From Eutreptiella sp. 'Long Island Sound 2002' (Eukaryota > Protista > Euglenida), in assembly GCA_964036045.1 (NCBI GenBank), contig OZ038378.1:180730001-180794000 (forward strand): a stretch of DNA of 64,000 nucleotides, read 5' to 3'. Below the pieces are notes generated by a model, which saw only the letters and a list, made by a program, of their open reading frames with translations, was not told the DNA's origin and did not search any database. The stretch's first letter is position 1. Every line of letters starts with the position of its first letter. Positions 51,501-63,400 of this stretch are shown piece after piece. The position numbers and the translations under genes were made by a program.

Positions 51501-54500
51501 GATACTTTACCATCGCCCCCTGCTCCAGCTCCACGTTCTCGGGCTGGTGGTGGTCCGGGTTCAGCGGCACCGTCACATCGCACGTGTCCGCGCCATCCAC
51601 GCTCTTGCGCTGGAATGCGAGCGCGGCCGCGGACCGGCGGCGCCAATCCACGTCGCCGTCGGGGTCGGCCTCGCGTTTGGAGCGGGCGTACACGCCGACG
51701 AAGCGCCAGCGGGAGACGGGCTTCGCGCACGCGGGGCACACGAAGGTGACGGGATCGCGCATCTGCATCACCGCGTTGGCGAGCAGCCCCAGCGTCCCGA
51801 GGCCCAGCAGCACGAGGCCGCAGATCATGAGCACGGGCATGGCCCCCACCCCGTTCCAGAGCAGGAAGGTCACGAGGATCCAGGACGCGCCCAGGAGCAC
51901 CGCTGCGGTGGAGAGGCCGAGCAGCACCTGAAGACACACGATGTGCAAACCAACTCCTCGTCGGCCACTCGCCAGTGCGCTGTCGAAGGCCTCGGGTCCG
52001 GACCTTGGCCGCTGGAGTCGTGTACCACACCTCCTACGGTCCCCCTATCATCCCCCCCCCCCTGTGTGACATTCCGTCTGGTTGTTGCTCCTTTACGGGG
52101 CCCTGGACGGTCACCCGTTCTTCCCTTCGCATGTTGCGTCGGGTTGCTACGTTCTGTCGGCCGATGTGGCCGGTGCTCTTGCTGGTGTCGTTTCCGCGTT
52201 CGCGGAGCCCAGTAGTTGGCGTGTTGGGACTGTGCTGGATGCGGCATGGTGTGCCGTTTGCGTGTCAGCGGCGCCCAATAGTTGGCGTATTGAGGATGTG
52301 CTGGTTGTTGCCGGGGTCGTTTGACTGTTTTGGCTGTCCACGTGCCTCTGTCCACAGGCCGTCCATCGCCTGCCTCGCTGTGTTTCTGTGCGGCCCAGGT
52401 GCCTTCCTCCACGCGCTGTCCGGGCCGTCCACCATATGCCCCTGTCCCCCTCACGGCTGGTCTGCCCCCAATGGGCTCCCACTCCTGTTGCGCAAACAGC
52501 CCATCTGGGCTGCGGGAGACGGCACCCACCTGATGCTGGTTGAGCAGGGGTTGCCCTGGCACCCAGTAGCGACGGGGTTGGCTGGCCAAGCCATCCCCTT
52601 TATTGTCGCTGCCTCCCATGCGCACGCTCTGCCATCCGCTCCATTCTGGTTCTCTGTTCCCGCTGTTCCAGTTGCCTCTCCTGCCTTGCTGTGCCCCTCC
52701 TCCTTGTCTGTTGTGCCCGCCCTTGTCCCTCCTGGTGTGGCTCCCGCGTTCTGTGTGTCTGTGTTGCTCCTCCCCCTTTCTGGTGGCACTCCTGGGTGCC
52801 CATGTCGCGCACCCCCTCCTGTCCCACCCGCCTGCCCCCCCATACGAGGATTTCACATCTCCATACAACGTGGACTGCCCCGTGCGCGGTTGGCTGGTCA
52901 TGGCCCTGTTGCCACCCCCGTGGCGGGCACCTCCCAGAGCGCGGGGCGCAGCCCCCGCCCTTGTGGAGTACGTGGGCACCTTGTAGAGGGAGGGGGGGTG
53001 TTTGCTGATGGCTCGCTCGGCGTGCGCTGCATTTGGTGGTTGCTGCAGTGCTCGCACCTCATGGTTCCCTTGTGTCTTGTTGTGTGTCCTGTTGGGGCTC
53101 ATCTCCCTGCCGTGTGTAGGGCGGCCTTGTGCCCAGCTGTTTGGCTGCATGCGTTCCTCCCAGTTTCGGGCTCTTTCTTTTTCTGCTGGCCTGCTCACTG
53201 CTGCTGGTCTGCGGCGCCAGGGGGGTAGCATGTCGCTCCCTGCATCCCATTGTGGCTGTTGGGTTGTCCCACTCGCAGTTGGGTGGTGCAAGGGGCACCA
53301 GGCACTTTTGCACATGTCTCCAAATCTACAAACTGACCTGTCACTGGTGTTTGTTGGGTTTGTTCTGGGGTGAATGTGTTGCGTTGTTGCTCTTTTGCTT
53401 TCTGGGCTGCTGAGGGGCTCCCCGTTTGAGGACTTCACTCCGGGCTGTCCACGCCTCGGAGCTAGGGACTCGTGTGAGTCCACCCCCTGGTTGGTCGTGT
53501 GCAGTGACCACCAATGGTTTGGACGCTGTGTCTCATAAGCGTGCCCAAGGCCCCTGCACTAGGCCTTGGTGACAGAACTTAGCTACTCGCGGGCAGTACA
53601 TGTTTTAGGTCGCTGCCCAATGGACAACCGCGTAGCCGGCTGCCAACCCCCCGCAGGGGCGACCCCCTTACTTAGGTTTGGGTTGCCTTCCCCTCCCGGT
53701 GTGGTCGGGATGGTGATGGCTCCCGGGAGTGCATCAGGGAAGCATCCCTTCTATGTTGTGTGTAAGTGTGGCCTTGGTTGTTGCGTGTGTGGTGGGCGCC
53801 GTGTTGGCGTTGGGGTGTGGGGTCTTGGGCTCTTGGTGGTGCTCCATGTGTGTGCCTTGTTTGTGGGCGGCGGTGGCTGGGTGTGGGTGAAATGCCCGTG
53901 TGGTGGGTTTGGTTCCCACCCTGGGTGTTGGGTGTTTGGCTGGTGTTGGTGTTCGCGGCGGGTGGTGTGGCTGTCCGCCACTGTTGTTGTGGTATACTGC
54001 TTTGCTTTGCTCTTCTGTAGTTGTGTGCTGCTGCGTGCTGTTGTGTGCTGGCGAGTTTCATTGTGTGCCTCTGCCGGCTTTGGCCTGCAGTGCTGCGTTA
54101 TGTGCTATGCTGCCTCCGCGTTGTGCGCTACGCTGCCTCCATGAGGCGCGGCGGCCGCGGCTACCCGGGCAGGGCCGCTCCTCCCGTGGGGGCCGAGTTC
54201 GGGTAACCTCCGAAGAGCTTGGACAGGGCCGCCCACCCATTGGCGGGGCCGAGTCCGAGCCCCCGGGGCTTGCCTGTGATTCTTGCGCGCGCGCCCCGTT
54301 TGTGGGCGGCGGTGGCTGTGCGTGGGTGCAGTGCCCGTGTGGTGGGTCTGCCCCCCACACTGGGCGTTGGGTGTTGGGCTGGTGCTGGTGCTTGCGGCGG
54401 GTGGTGTGGCTGTCCGCCGCCATCATTGTGGTACACTGCTTTGCTTTGTTTTGCTGTACTGTGTGCTGCGTGCTTTCGTGTGCTGGCAAATTTCGCTATG

Positions 54501-55611
54501 TGTCTCTGCCTGCTCTTCGGTGCTGCGCTGCCTTGTGCGCTGCGTTAACTCCATGAGGTGTGGCGGCCGCGGCTACCCGGGTAGGGCCACTCTTCCCGTC
54601 GGGGCCGAGCCCAGGTAACCTCCGAAGTGCTTGGACAGGGCCGCCCACCCATTGGCGGGGCCGAATCCGAGCCTCCGGGGCCTGCCTACGAGGTTTGTGC
54701 ACTGCTCTCCTTTGTGCGCCTCCGTCCGCTCCATGTGCTTGGGCGTCGCGTTGCCCTATGTTATTCTCATTTGCGTTGCGCTGCACTGTGCTGCATTCTG
54801 TTGGATCTGCATGCCTGGGCGTTGTGCTGAACTCCTTACCGCCTCCGGGAGGCCGCCGCGATTAATTGCGCTAGGCGATCCGTGGGCAGCAATCTGCCCG
54901 GTTGTGAGACCAGGACGTGCTCTCCTGGTAGGTCCCCGTCTATGTGCACAACCGGTTGCCACTCTCCATGTGTGTAGCACACCCCATGTGGGTGGCAGCT
55001 ACACTGCGGGGTATACACACCCACGGCCACGATGCGTACCCGGACCACCGGCATCATGAGTCCTGGGCATATGAGGTGCCACACCTCACCCCTGGTCATG
55101 TTGGGCACCCCCCAGCTCGCGGTGTGTTCGGGCGGGTGGTGTGTTCGAATCCCGAGGTGGCCGGTAGGGGGCTTACTGTTCCGCGGACACAGCGATCAGG
55201 GGGCAATGGTGAGGGCATAGTGTTCCATACCCATCGTGACGCTGCCAGGAAATATACGCGGTTTCACACCGCAGACACGACTCTTATGTTTCTCCAAAAT
55301 GGGAACCTGCCCCCATATCCGCTGTGCAGGGCCCCACAAGCCTCCTTCATGCTTGATTATTGGCAGTCGGGGCATGACATTTTACGATATTTTCTCAGGT
55401 TCATACTGACATTCAGTGCAATTTATTCGTGTGTTTTTGTCAATTCTTGTTCCACATTGCGTCACATTTCTCGATACATCAAGTGCACTGATAATGGTAC
55501 AGTCTTCGGCCTTGCAACAATGCAACACCGACAGTGTTGGATACCACTACAATGGAGCAGAAGCCCCTGTCCGGTTCTCCTGTTCCCCAGACACACGCGG
55601 GGGGGGGGGAT

Positions 55612-55682
<71 letters not shown>

Positions 55683-58600
55683 AATGGTCGGCAGTGATTG
55701 ACTGAAGGCCCCCGCCATAAGCACTTTCAGCCTTTAGTGCAATCAGTTGTGGATGCGTCATTAAAAGCTGTAATCCACCAAATACAGTGGGCACTTCCAT
55801 GAGGACATCTACACGGCATGACAAACCAAGGGCGGCCCATGCCAAGACTGGACGAACGTCAGGTCGAACCTGAAACGCACAAGTAACTCGTACCTCCGGT
55901 GTCGGCATTCCTTTGGCCTGTGAGACTGGCTGTTTGAGTCGGCTGGCTGTGCGGAAAAGAGCAACTGTTTGTGGGAGCAGAGTGATCCTGCACCCCTGCA
56001 GAAGCAGCCAAAACCCTGAGAACACCTCATGAGCATCGTTGCGTCCCCCACAAGCCGACCCCCTTTCTTGGTTCTCAAGTTGGGGATCTCTGGCTGCCGG
56101 GGGGGAGCCCCCCTGACGGGGGCCAAATGGGGCAGCGCTGTCCCCCCCCCCAACACTCCGGACGCCAACCCGTTGTAAATGACTGCCTGGCACACCCGCT
56201 TTTTTGTTGTCCGGGTCTCGCATTGCAGGTTTTCGCCCCCCCCCCAGATTTCTGTCACTGGGACATGGTGTTGCAGAGGCATAGTGCTGCAGGGGCACAG
56301 CGTCCAGCGCGGGGGCTTCTCTTCCCACGCAGCGGATGCCCCAAAACAATGCCACAGCAACATCATCGCTTTGCTCCGAAGCCGCTGCCCTGCGAGACGC
56401 CACCCGAGACCTGGACACGCTGGACGGCACTGAACTGGGCACGGACGCGCATAGTGACGCGGACCTGCATGCGACGGCTGTCCTGCAGCCGCGACGGCTC
56501 GGAACGGCGCCACTTGATGCGCGCCCAGCGCCAGGCCCACAGGACCAGCCCCACGGCGACGAGGGTGAGGCCCACGATGAGCAGGCACACCTGCCATGAC
56601 GGCGTGCGCTCCACTTCGAGGGCGACCTCGAAGGAGCCCTCCGTCAGGCGGCGGTGGTGGGCGGCGACGGCCGTGCCGGTGGACTGGGCAATGAGAGAGG
56701 GCGAGTGAGAAGGGCGTCAGAGGCCGTGGCAGAGGGAAGGGGCGCGGCCATCGCGGGGGCGTGGCGTGCAGTTGTACAGTGGCAGTACCGTCGCGGCGAC
56801 CCCGAGACAATCGTTCCGGACCCTCGCCCCCGCAGCGTGGGCAGGGGGTTCCAGAGGGGAAGGGGGGGGGGGTCGGGTTTTGGGGGCATTGTTGAATTCC
56901 CCTTTTCTTTCGGATAGGGGGGAAATGGGGGAAGTAGGGAGGAAATCTGTGCCCCGGTCCACAGAGGCCCAAAACCTTTTCGGGCGCCGCTGGGGCCCAA
57001 GTCGGTGGGGGGAGGGGAGGAGCGCGCGACTGTTCCACCTTCCGGACCGAGGCAATCGTAGACCAGACGACAGAGGGTGCCTCGGTCGCACCGCGCGCTG
57101 AGGTAGACGTGTCACTTACCGGTGCACTACACAAGCTTTTCAGGCAGGGTCGCGGTGGCCGAAGGGGTTGGCATACAACAACGGTCCACTCCACTCCAAG
57201 GCCCTCATCGCCATTTCCACCCAGACACAACAATTGGCCATTCATTTGTGATGCTCAGGCCCCTATGACCGCTTTTGGGCAACACTCATTGGTACCAGCG
57301 TTCTACGCCACCCGGGCCTCAGTCGCACCGCGCTACCGCACTGCTTGTACCGCGCGTGAGGCACCCTCACACGCCGAATGGGACACAAACGGATCGATGT
57401 GGTTTCCTTCGTCAAGCAACCGCCGAACGTGGTGTGCTATCAGCGCAGACCTTCGTGCACCTTCTGGGCCCCTGGCGTTCCTGAAGGGACGGGGTGTCTC
57501 CTGCCGGCAATTCACCGCTTTTCACCTTTCGACTGCCGGAGGTCACCCCCCAACAGCCAATGGGTACCCGCCAGTAGTTGATGGCACAGGCAGGGGGGGG
57601 GGGGGGAGGTGCACGGCATTGTGCAGGGGACGTCCTGAGCAGAGCCAAGGTGCAGTGTTGGAGGTGCACGGCGCTGAATTTCCACTGGACCACCGTCAAT
57701 CAACGGCAGGGCAGTCACCGCCAGCCGTTGACGAGGGCCGCAGGCCCAGCACCAGGAGATGCCTAATGCCTGCCCCTCAGGGCCCGTCTGGACCATTCCG
57801 CTGCAACCCCCTCAACTATCGGTCCAAAGGGCTGGAGGGCTGGGGGGATAGGGGGGAACAAAGGCTCGGTCAGAGTGCCAGTGCTTCCGGGCGTACGCAT
57901 TTTTCAGGGAGGGCAGTCCTTAGGGGGCAGAAAAAAGTGTTCCAAAACTGCAGTTTTGCAAAAAGAGACGTGTAGCTCATATATTCAACCATGGTAGGTG
58001 GCGATGGGCGGTTGGCGGATGGCAGTTGGTGGTTGGTGGTTGGTGGAGGTTGGTGGTTGACGGTTGGTGGTTGGCGGTTGGCGGTTGGTGGTTGGCGGTT
58101 GGCGGTTGGTGGTCCCTGGGGGCGGTCCTTAAGGGCGGTCCTTCGAAAAAAAAAAGAAATTTGGTTCCTTAAGGACCGCCCTGTCTTCAGGCCATTGTCT
58201 GCATTGCTTGTCCACAGACGGTGGGGAAACGTAGTTTCCGGAGACGCGACTCGTCCCCCTGCTTCTGTCCCTCAGCGCCCCTCCCATGCCGACACCTCAC
58301 ACGATCGGGACGGGGGGGTGGGGGGGGCTGGTAGTGGGTTCACAGCAGTCTCAATGTCGTGCCTTTGGGGACCACCCCGGGCTGCCCACCAACTTCCCTG
58401 ACCATGCTCCTCATTCCCTGACCGCGCCCCTCCCCTGCGTCCCCAGCCACCACCTGCTCCCCAATAAGGCAGGTGTGCGAACGAATGTGATGTATCATTG
58501 CAGGGTGTTGAGAGCCAGTGAGACTCGGTGACGTGGTGAGGGGCTATTCGCCAGCAACCACCAGCGGTTGAATGCTAACCGGCCGCCGGGGGGCGGCCGG

Positions 58601-60378
58601 TGGGCAATGTGCTGGCTCCGGCGCGGCTGCCCGGATGAGGGGGCACTGGCGGGATACAGCGTGAACGCGAGCCAACAATGTGGCCACAGAACGCGATGGC
58701 TCTCGTGTTTGTGTCCAATATGAGTAGCCGAGGACCATTTTGGGCGAGCTTCAGCACCAAGAACATCAAGCAGCAGGGGGAAATAATGGTGCGCGTGCCA
58801 GCAGTCTTGTCTGTGTCTGTGTTTGTGTTTGTGTGTGTGTATTTTTTTGTTTTTGGGGGGGGCTCCTTTTAAGGGGGGGGGGGGGTCAAGGGGGGGGGTC
58901 CAGCCCCCCCATCCCCCCCCTCCAGTATTGCTGAGTTTTTAGAGGCGCCAAAAGCGTCAGATAAAATTTGTGATTGGCCGAAAGCCCGGAGAAGAATTTG
59001 GCCCAATCACTTGGGGGGGGGGGGGTCCATGGGGGGGGGGGGTGCTGAGTTGTTAAAAGAGCCTTGGGAGTGGCGGGGGGGGGGGGGCTGCATAGTTTTT
59101 TGGAGAGCAAATCCTGTTCTTAAATACCGTCCTGGCACCTACAAAGCCATTACTTGGTACTGCAGCGTGACTTGAAGGCTCGACGCAACGTCAATGACAT
59201 CGGTAGCGCCCACGTCCCTCGGCAGATACGTGCGGATGCACTGGGCGCAGTCCGGGCAGCCGGGGCCGGTGCTGGTGCACGCAGTGCCCAGCATGAGCAC
59301 GAGCATCCCCGTGGACAGCGCGATCACCTTGACCCACAGCCGGACGACTTGCATGGTTGACGTGCCGCCCCCTGTGAGCGCGACGTCCTGATTGCACGTG
59401 CCGGCCGCGGTGGCGGAGATCTGCGCACTGCTCCCGGTCTGCATCGGCGCGCACAGCGGCATCACCATCGTCACCGTGGCCGAGGGCGTTGTCGTCGGCA
59501 CCGGCGTCGAGGACTCGGAGGGAGATTCTGTGGCCCGGCCGGTGCCGGTGGAAGAGCGAGTGCGCGTGCGCGTCGGGGTCCGCGTGTCGGATCCGGTGGG
59601 AATGCTGCTCGGCGTGCGGCTCTCCGTGGAGGTGCGCGTGCGCGTGGACGTGGACGAGGCGGTGGAGGTCGGGGTGGCGGACGGGGTCAGAGGCGGCGTC
59701 TGGGTGGGGGTCGGGGTGCCTTTGATGCTGCAGCGGTACAGCGGGTCCCGGTTGCCACGCCGCGGCGGCCAGAAGGAGGGGTACGCCACTTTGGAAACCC
59801 CCGTCACCTCAGGGAGCTGCCCGAACCAGCGGCAGGACTTGTCGCTGGGCCGGTAGTCCACAGCTGTGCAGCTGGCGATCTGTGGAGTGCAGTGGGCATG
59901 ATGCATCATGTGGCTGCTGTCGGGCATGGCAGTGCGTGTGACAAACTGAAAGGCTGGTAACCACCGCGTACATCGGTCCATAGGGGGGGGGGTCAAGTGG
60001 GGCGTGGGATCCGCAGCAGCCGATTCTGGGGCGACAATCTCTGCACCCATTCTCGGGGGAGACGCGAGTGGACTATGCAGCAACAGCCGTATTGGATGTG
60101 GCGGATAACTTTGAACTCCGCCAAGAACGAATGCCCAAGTTGTTGTTCCACCCATGACTGCTTTGGCGCTGGGAACAGCCAATTAGCCCCTGCCTACAGA
60201 CTGCAAGCCATCACTTGGCCGATCCCCTTGCTGATGGGGGCACCCCCTTTTCCTGAAACAAAAAGGGTTGGGCACGTGTGTGTGTGTGCGTGCGTGCGTG
60301 GGTGGGTGCCAAGGTGTCAATTCCATTCATGCTCAAATTCCGAGGTTCGACAAAACCATGAGTTCTGTGTTTGTGTGC

Positions 60379-60426
<48 letters not shown>

Positions 60427-63400
60427 TGTGTCTGTGTGTGTGATGTGTATGCGTGCATTGCTGCGTTTCCCATCCGCATGGTGACACAAAAAATAAAACA
60501 AATCTGTTTGCAATGCAACTTCACCAGCCCTTCCGGCCCAAGAAGATCATCTCGCTGCGCGCATGGCACACACGTCGTCGCAAACGTCGAAACACGCCGA
60601 ACGGTTGTGGTTGGAGTGGGACAAATAGTGGTGAGGCGTCTCAATGGCCGTGGACGTGGGGTTGGACATCGTTGTGCAGTATCCAGGCATTGTGCGACGC
60701 TTGCGTGCGTCCATTAGCATGATGCCTCCAGGAGACATTTCCAACACATAGCCATGACCACCGAACACGAAGTCACTGCCGTACAGCTTGCCATAATGCG
60801 TGATGCGGGACCCGTCGAACACAAGAGCGTAGGTCCTGCCGACTTGCAGTAGAACCTCGGCCACCGGTCCAGCTTTGAAGAAATAGAGGTGTGCGGTGTC
60901 CATATTATCAAGATCCTGAGGACCGCAAACGGGGTAAAGACTGAGGAAATGCACCAAGAAACCAAACACAGGAAACGGAAACGTTGTGTTGTGCAGTTCA
61001 TGCCATACCACGTCACAGCATCGCACCCCAGCCCATCCCTGGAGAACAACACTTTCGGCATAGAGACCCACTGCAACTGCCTCCTGCACCAGTTCCATTT
61101 GTTTGCAATCACATGCCACACCTCTAAAATGGAGCCTGCTGAGGTGGTAGCCACAGAATACCCGCCGGTCTTCATTTTGCGGTTCGACCCGTCCCGCGCC
61201 CATGACAAGTTGTACATTCCCAGGCTCCACAAAGGCTCATAACTGCTCTCGAGCGTCGCACAAACCCAGCTGCAGTCGGGGGCCACCGCAATGGCCTTCA
61301 CCTTCCATGAAACATCCAGAATCACCTGAACCATCAAAGAGGGTGTCCAACAGCACTGTGATGACCACACACCCATACGTACACGCGCACCCCACACTGC
61401 ACAACACCACACAAAAACACACCACACCGCCCCACCCGACTCCACCCCACCCGACCACACCACACCACATATCATAGTGGTAGAGGGTAGGGAGGTAGGG
61501 AGGGGTGGGGAGGGGTGGGGTACAGTGGGTGTGCTGGGTCCACCACCTGGCCAGGCTGTGACAGCTGCAGCAAATGACCTTTCTGGGGTCCTGGCGGGTC
61601 TCGGTTTGGGGATGCATGAAATGTGAAATGCAACTTCAATCGCCCCCTTGTTGCGTGCGTGTGTGGATGTGAGTGTCCCTACTTCCTGACCGTCTGGCAA
61701 GCGAACAGCTTAAACCAAGGGCCCGGCAAACAGCGGTAAGCACTGGGGGTTGTTGGATCGTCTGCGTCAGTCCTGTTGCGGTGCGGTCGCAATGTTTAAC
61801 CATCCTTTGAAACTGCTAGCAGTCAAGAACCCCAGTTCCAGTTAACTCGCCCATCGGCACCAGCGCCGTCGCTTAAAGAGATGCTTGTGGCGTTCGTATC
61901 CGTCACGTTACGATTCACCCCAAGCGTTTCCAGTGCGTTAACTGAACAAATGATTCCAAGCAACCAGCAAGTAGCATGCGGCAATCCAATGATCCTCAGG
62001 GTGGTGGATAGATGGTTGTATGAGCCACATGTCCCATTCAGCTCCTTTGGTGCAGGGTACTTGAGCAAGACTGCTTCATCGGCGAAGTACTGGGGCCTGA
62101 TGTTGTGTTGCGTGCACCTGTGGGCCACCCCTGTGTAGGCCCGATGCATGTCGGTGGCATTTCGTGGGCCCATGCCCGTTGTGCGGGTGGCGTGCACCCT
62201 GAGGTTCTGGAGCGTGCTGGCCTGTGCGGCACCGGGACCCAGGGTCGCCAGGCCGTGCCAACGTATGTTGCGTGGCGTGGTTAGTGTGCGCGTGTGTGTG
62301 CGCGTTGTGTGTTGTGTGTGTTGAAAAGGGGCGCGCCAATGTATGCGCCCGTGCGTGCAGGGACACCAAGCCAGAACACCGACACGCGGTCAATGACGTT
62401 ACGGCCCCAAACCTGGAACTCCCACGATGTTGTGTTATACAATCGCAGTGGTTTGCCGGGCTCGGGCACCACGGCCCATGGACAGTTTGGGTCGGCCCCG
62501 ACGATCGTCGCAGGGGACGCCCACCACACCCATGGGGAGCTGGGTTCGCCCCGCGGTCGTGCCAAGCGATAATCGTAGAGGAAAGACCCCAGCTGCGAGA
62601 CGCAAACCAAAAACCCGTTGAACACCCGAAAACGATCCCCGCAATCGAATCTGAAAACGAAGGTCCCGTCGTTTGTATACTGCTCCCAGTGGGTTTCGGT
62701 GGTGTGGAGGAACAAGTACTGGGAATCTGGGGAGAACTGGTGGACCACGTTCGAGAAATCGCCCACGGTACCAACACGAGTGTGGACCTGTGAGGGTTCG
62801 GGTGCAGGGGGGTGAGAACATTAGGGTAGGGTTGTTCGCGTGCCGATGTGGGACGGAGCGCCATAACAATGAACAAAAAATGCAAACTGCAGGGATCACT
62901 CCGATGGGGGAGCCTTCACTCCGTTCTCTCACAACCCTTTGCCTGTCTCAAATATGCGGAGAGAAGTACGCCCCAGACTGGGATCGAACCAGCGACCTTG
63001 CGGTTAACAGCCGCACGCTCTGCCGATTGAGCTACCAGGGCTTCTGTGCCCAGAGCGTTGGGCACTGAAACATTGCCTGTAACACAAAAATTCAACTGTC
63101 ACGCTACACCACACATCTCCCAAAACACACATTCTCCATGCCATGCCGAAAGCTACACAATTTGTCTCACGTCCAAACGTCCATGCCACCATCGTTGTAA
63201 ACGTCGACTACAGCTTCGACGTTGTTTCACCTATTCTATGCCTGAGCAACAAGAGCAAGGGGGAAAGCTACGGGGAGAGCTGCACTCACTGCCCTGTGTC
63301 TGTAATGGAATGAGAATATGGCAACTTTACAGTCACGCTCGTGGTCACATGATAGCTCGTTTCAGCCTCTGTTTTTTTGGTGTTATTGTGATTTGGAGCG

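Noticed and set aside
51975-53228. Plus-strand ORFs containing CVTFRLVV/CDIPSGCC peptides
   Set aside because: They are alternative-frame readings of the dispersed repeat family and recur wherever the repeat occurs.
55809-57245. 478-aa minus-strand ORF and similar long GC-rich ORFs (for example 21348-22256 and 28936-29994)
   Set aside because: Low-complexity P/R/G content with no motifs; the real exons nearby use other frames or the other strand with proper splice sites.
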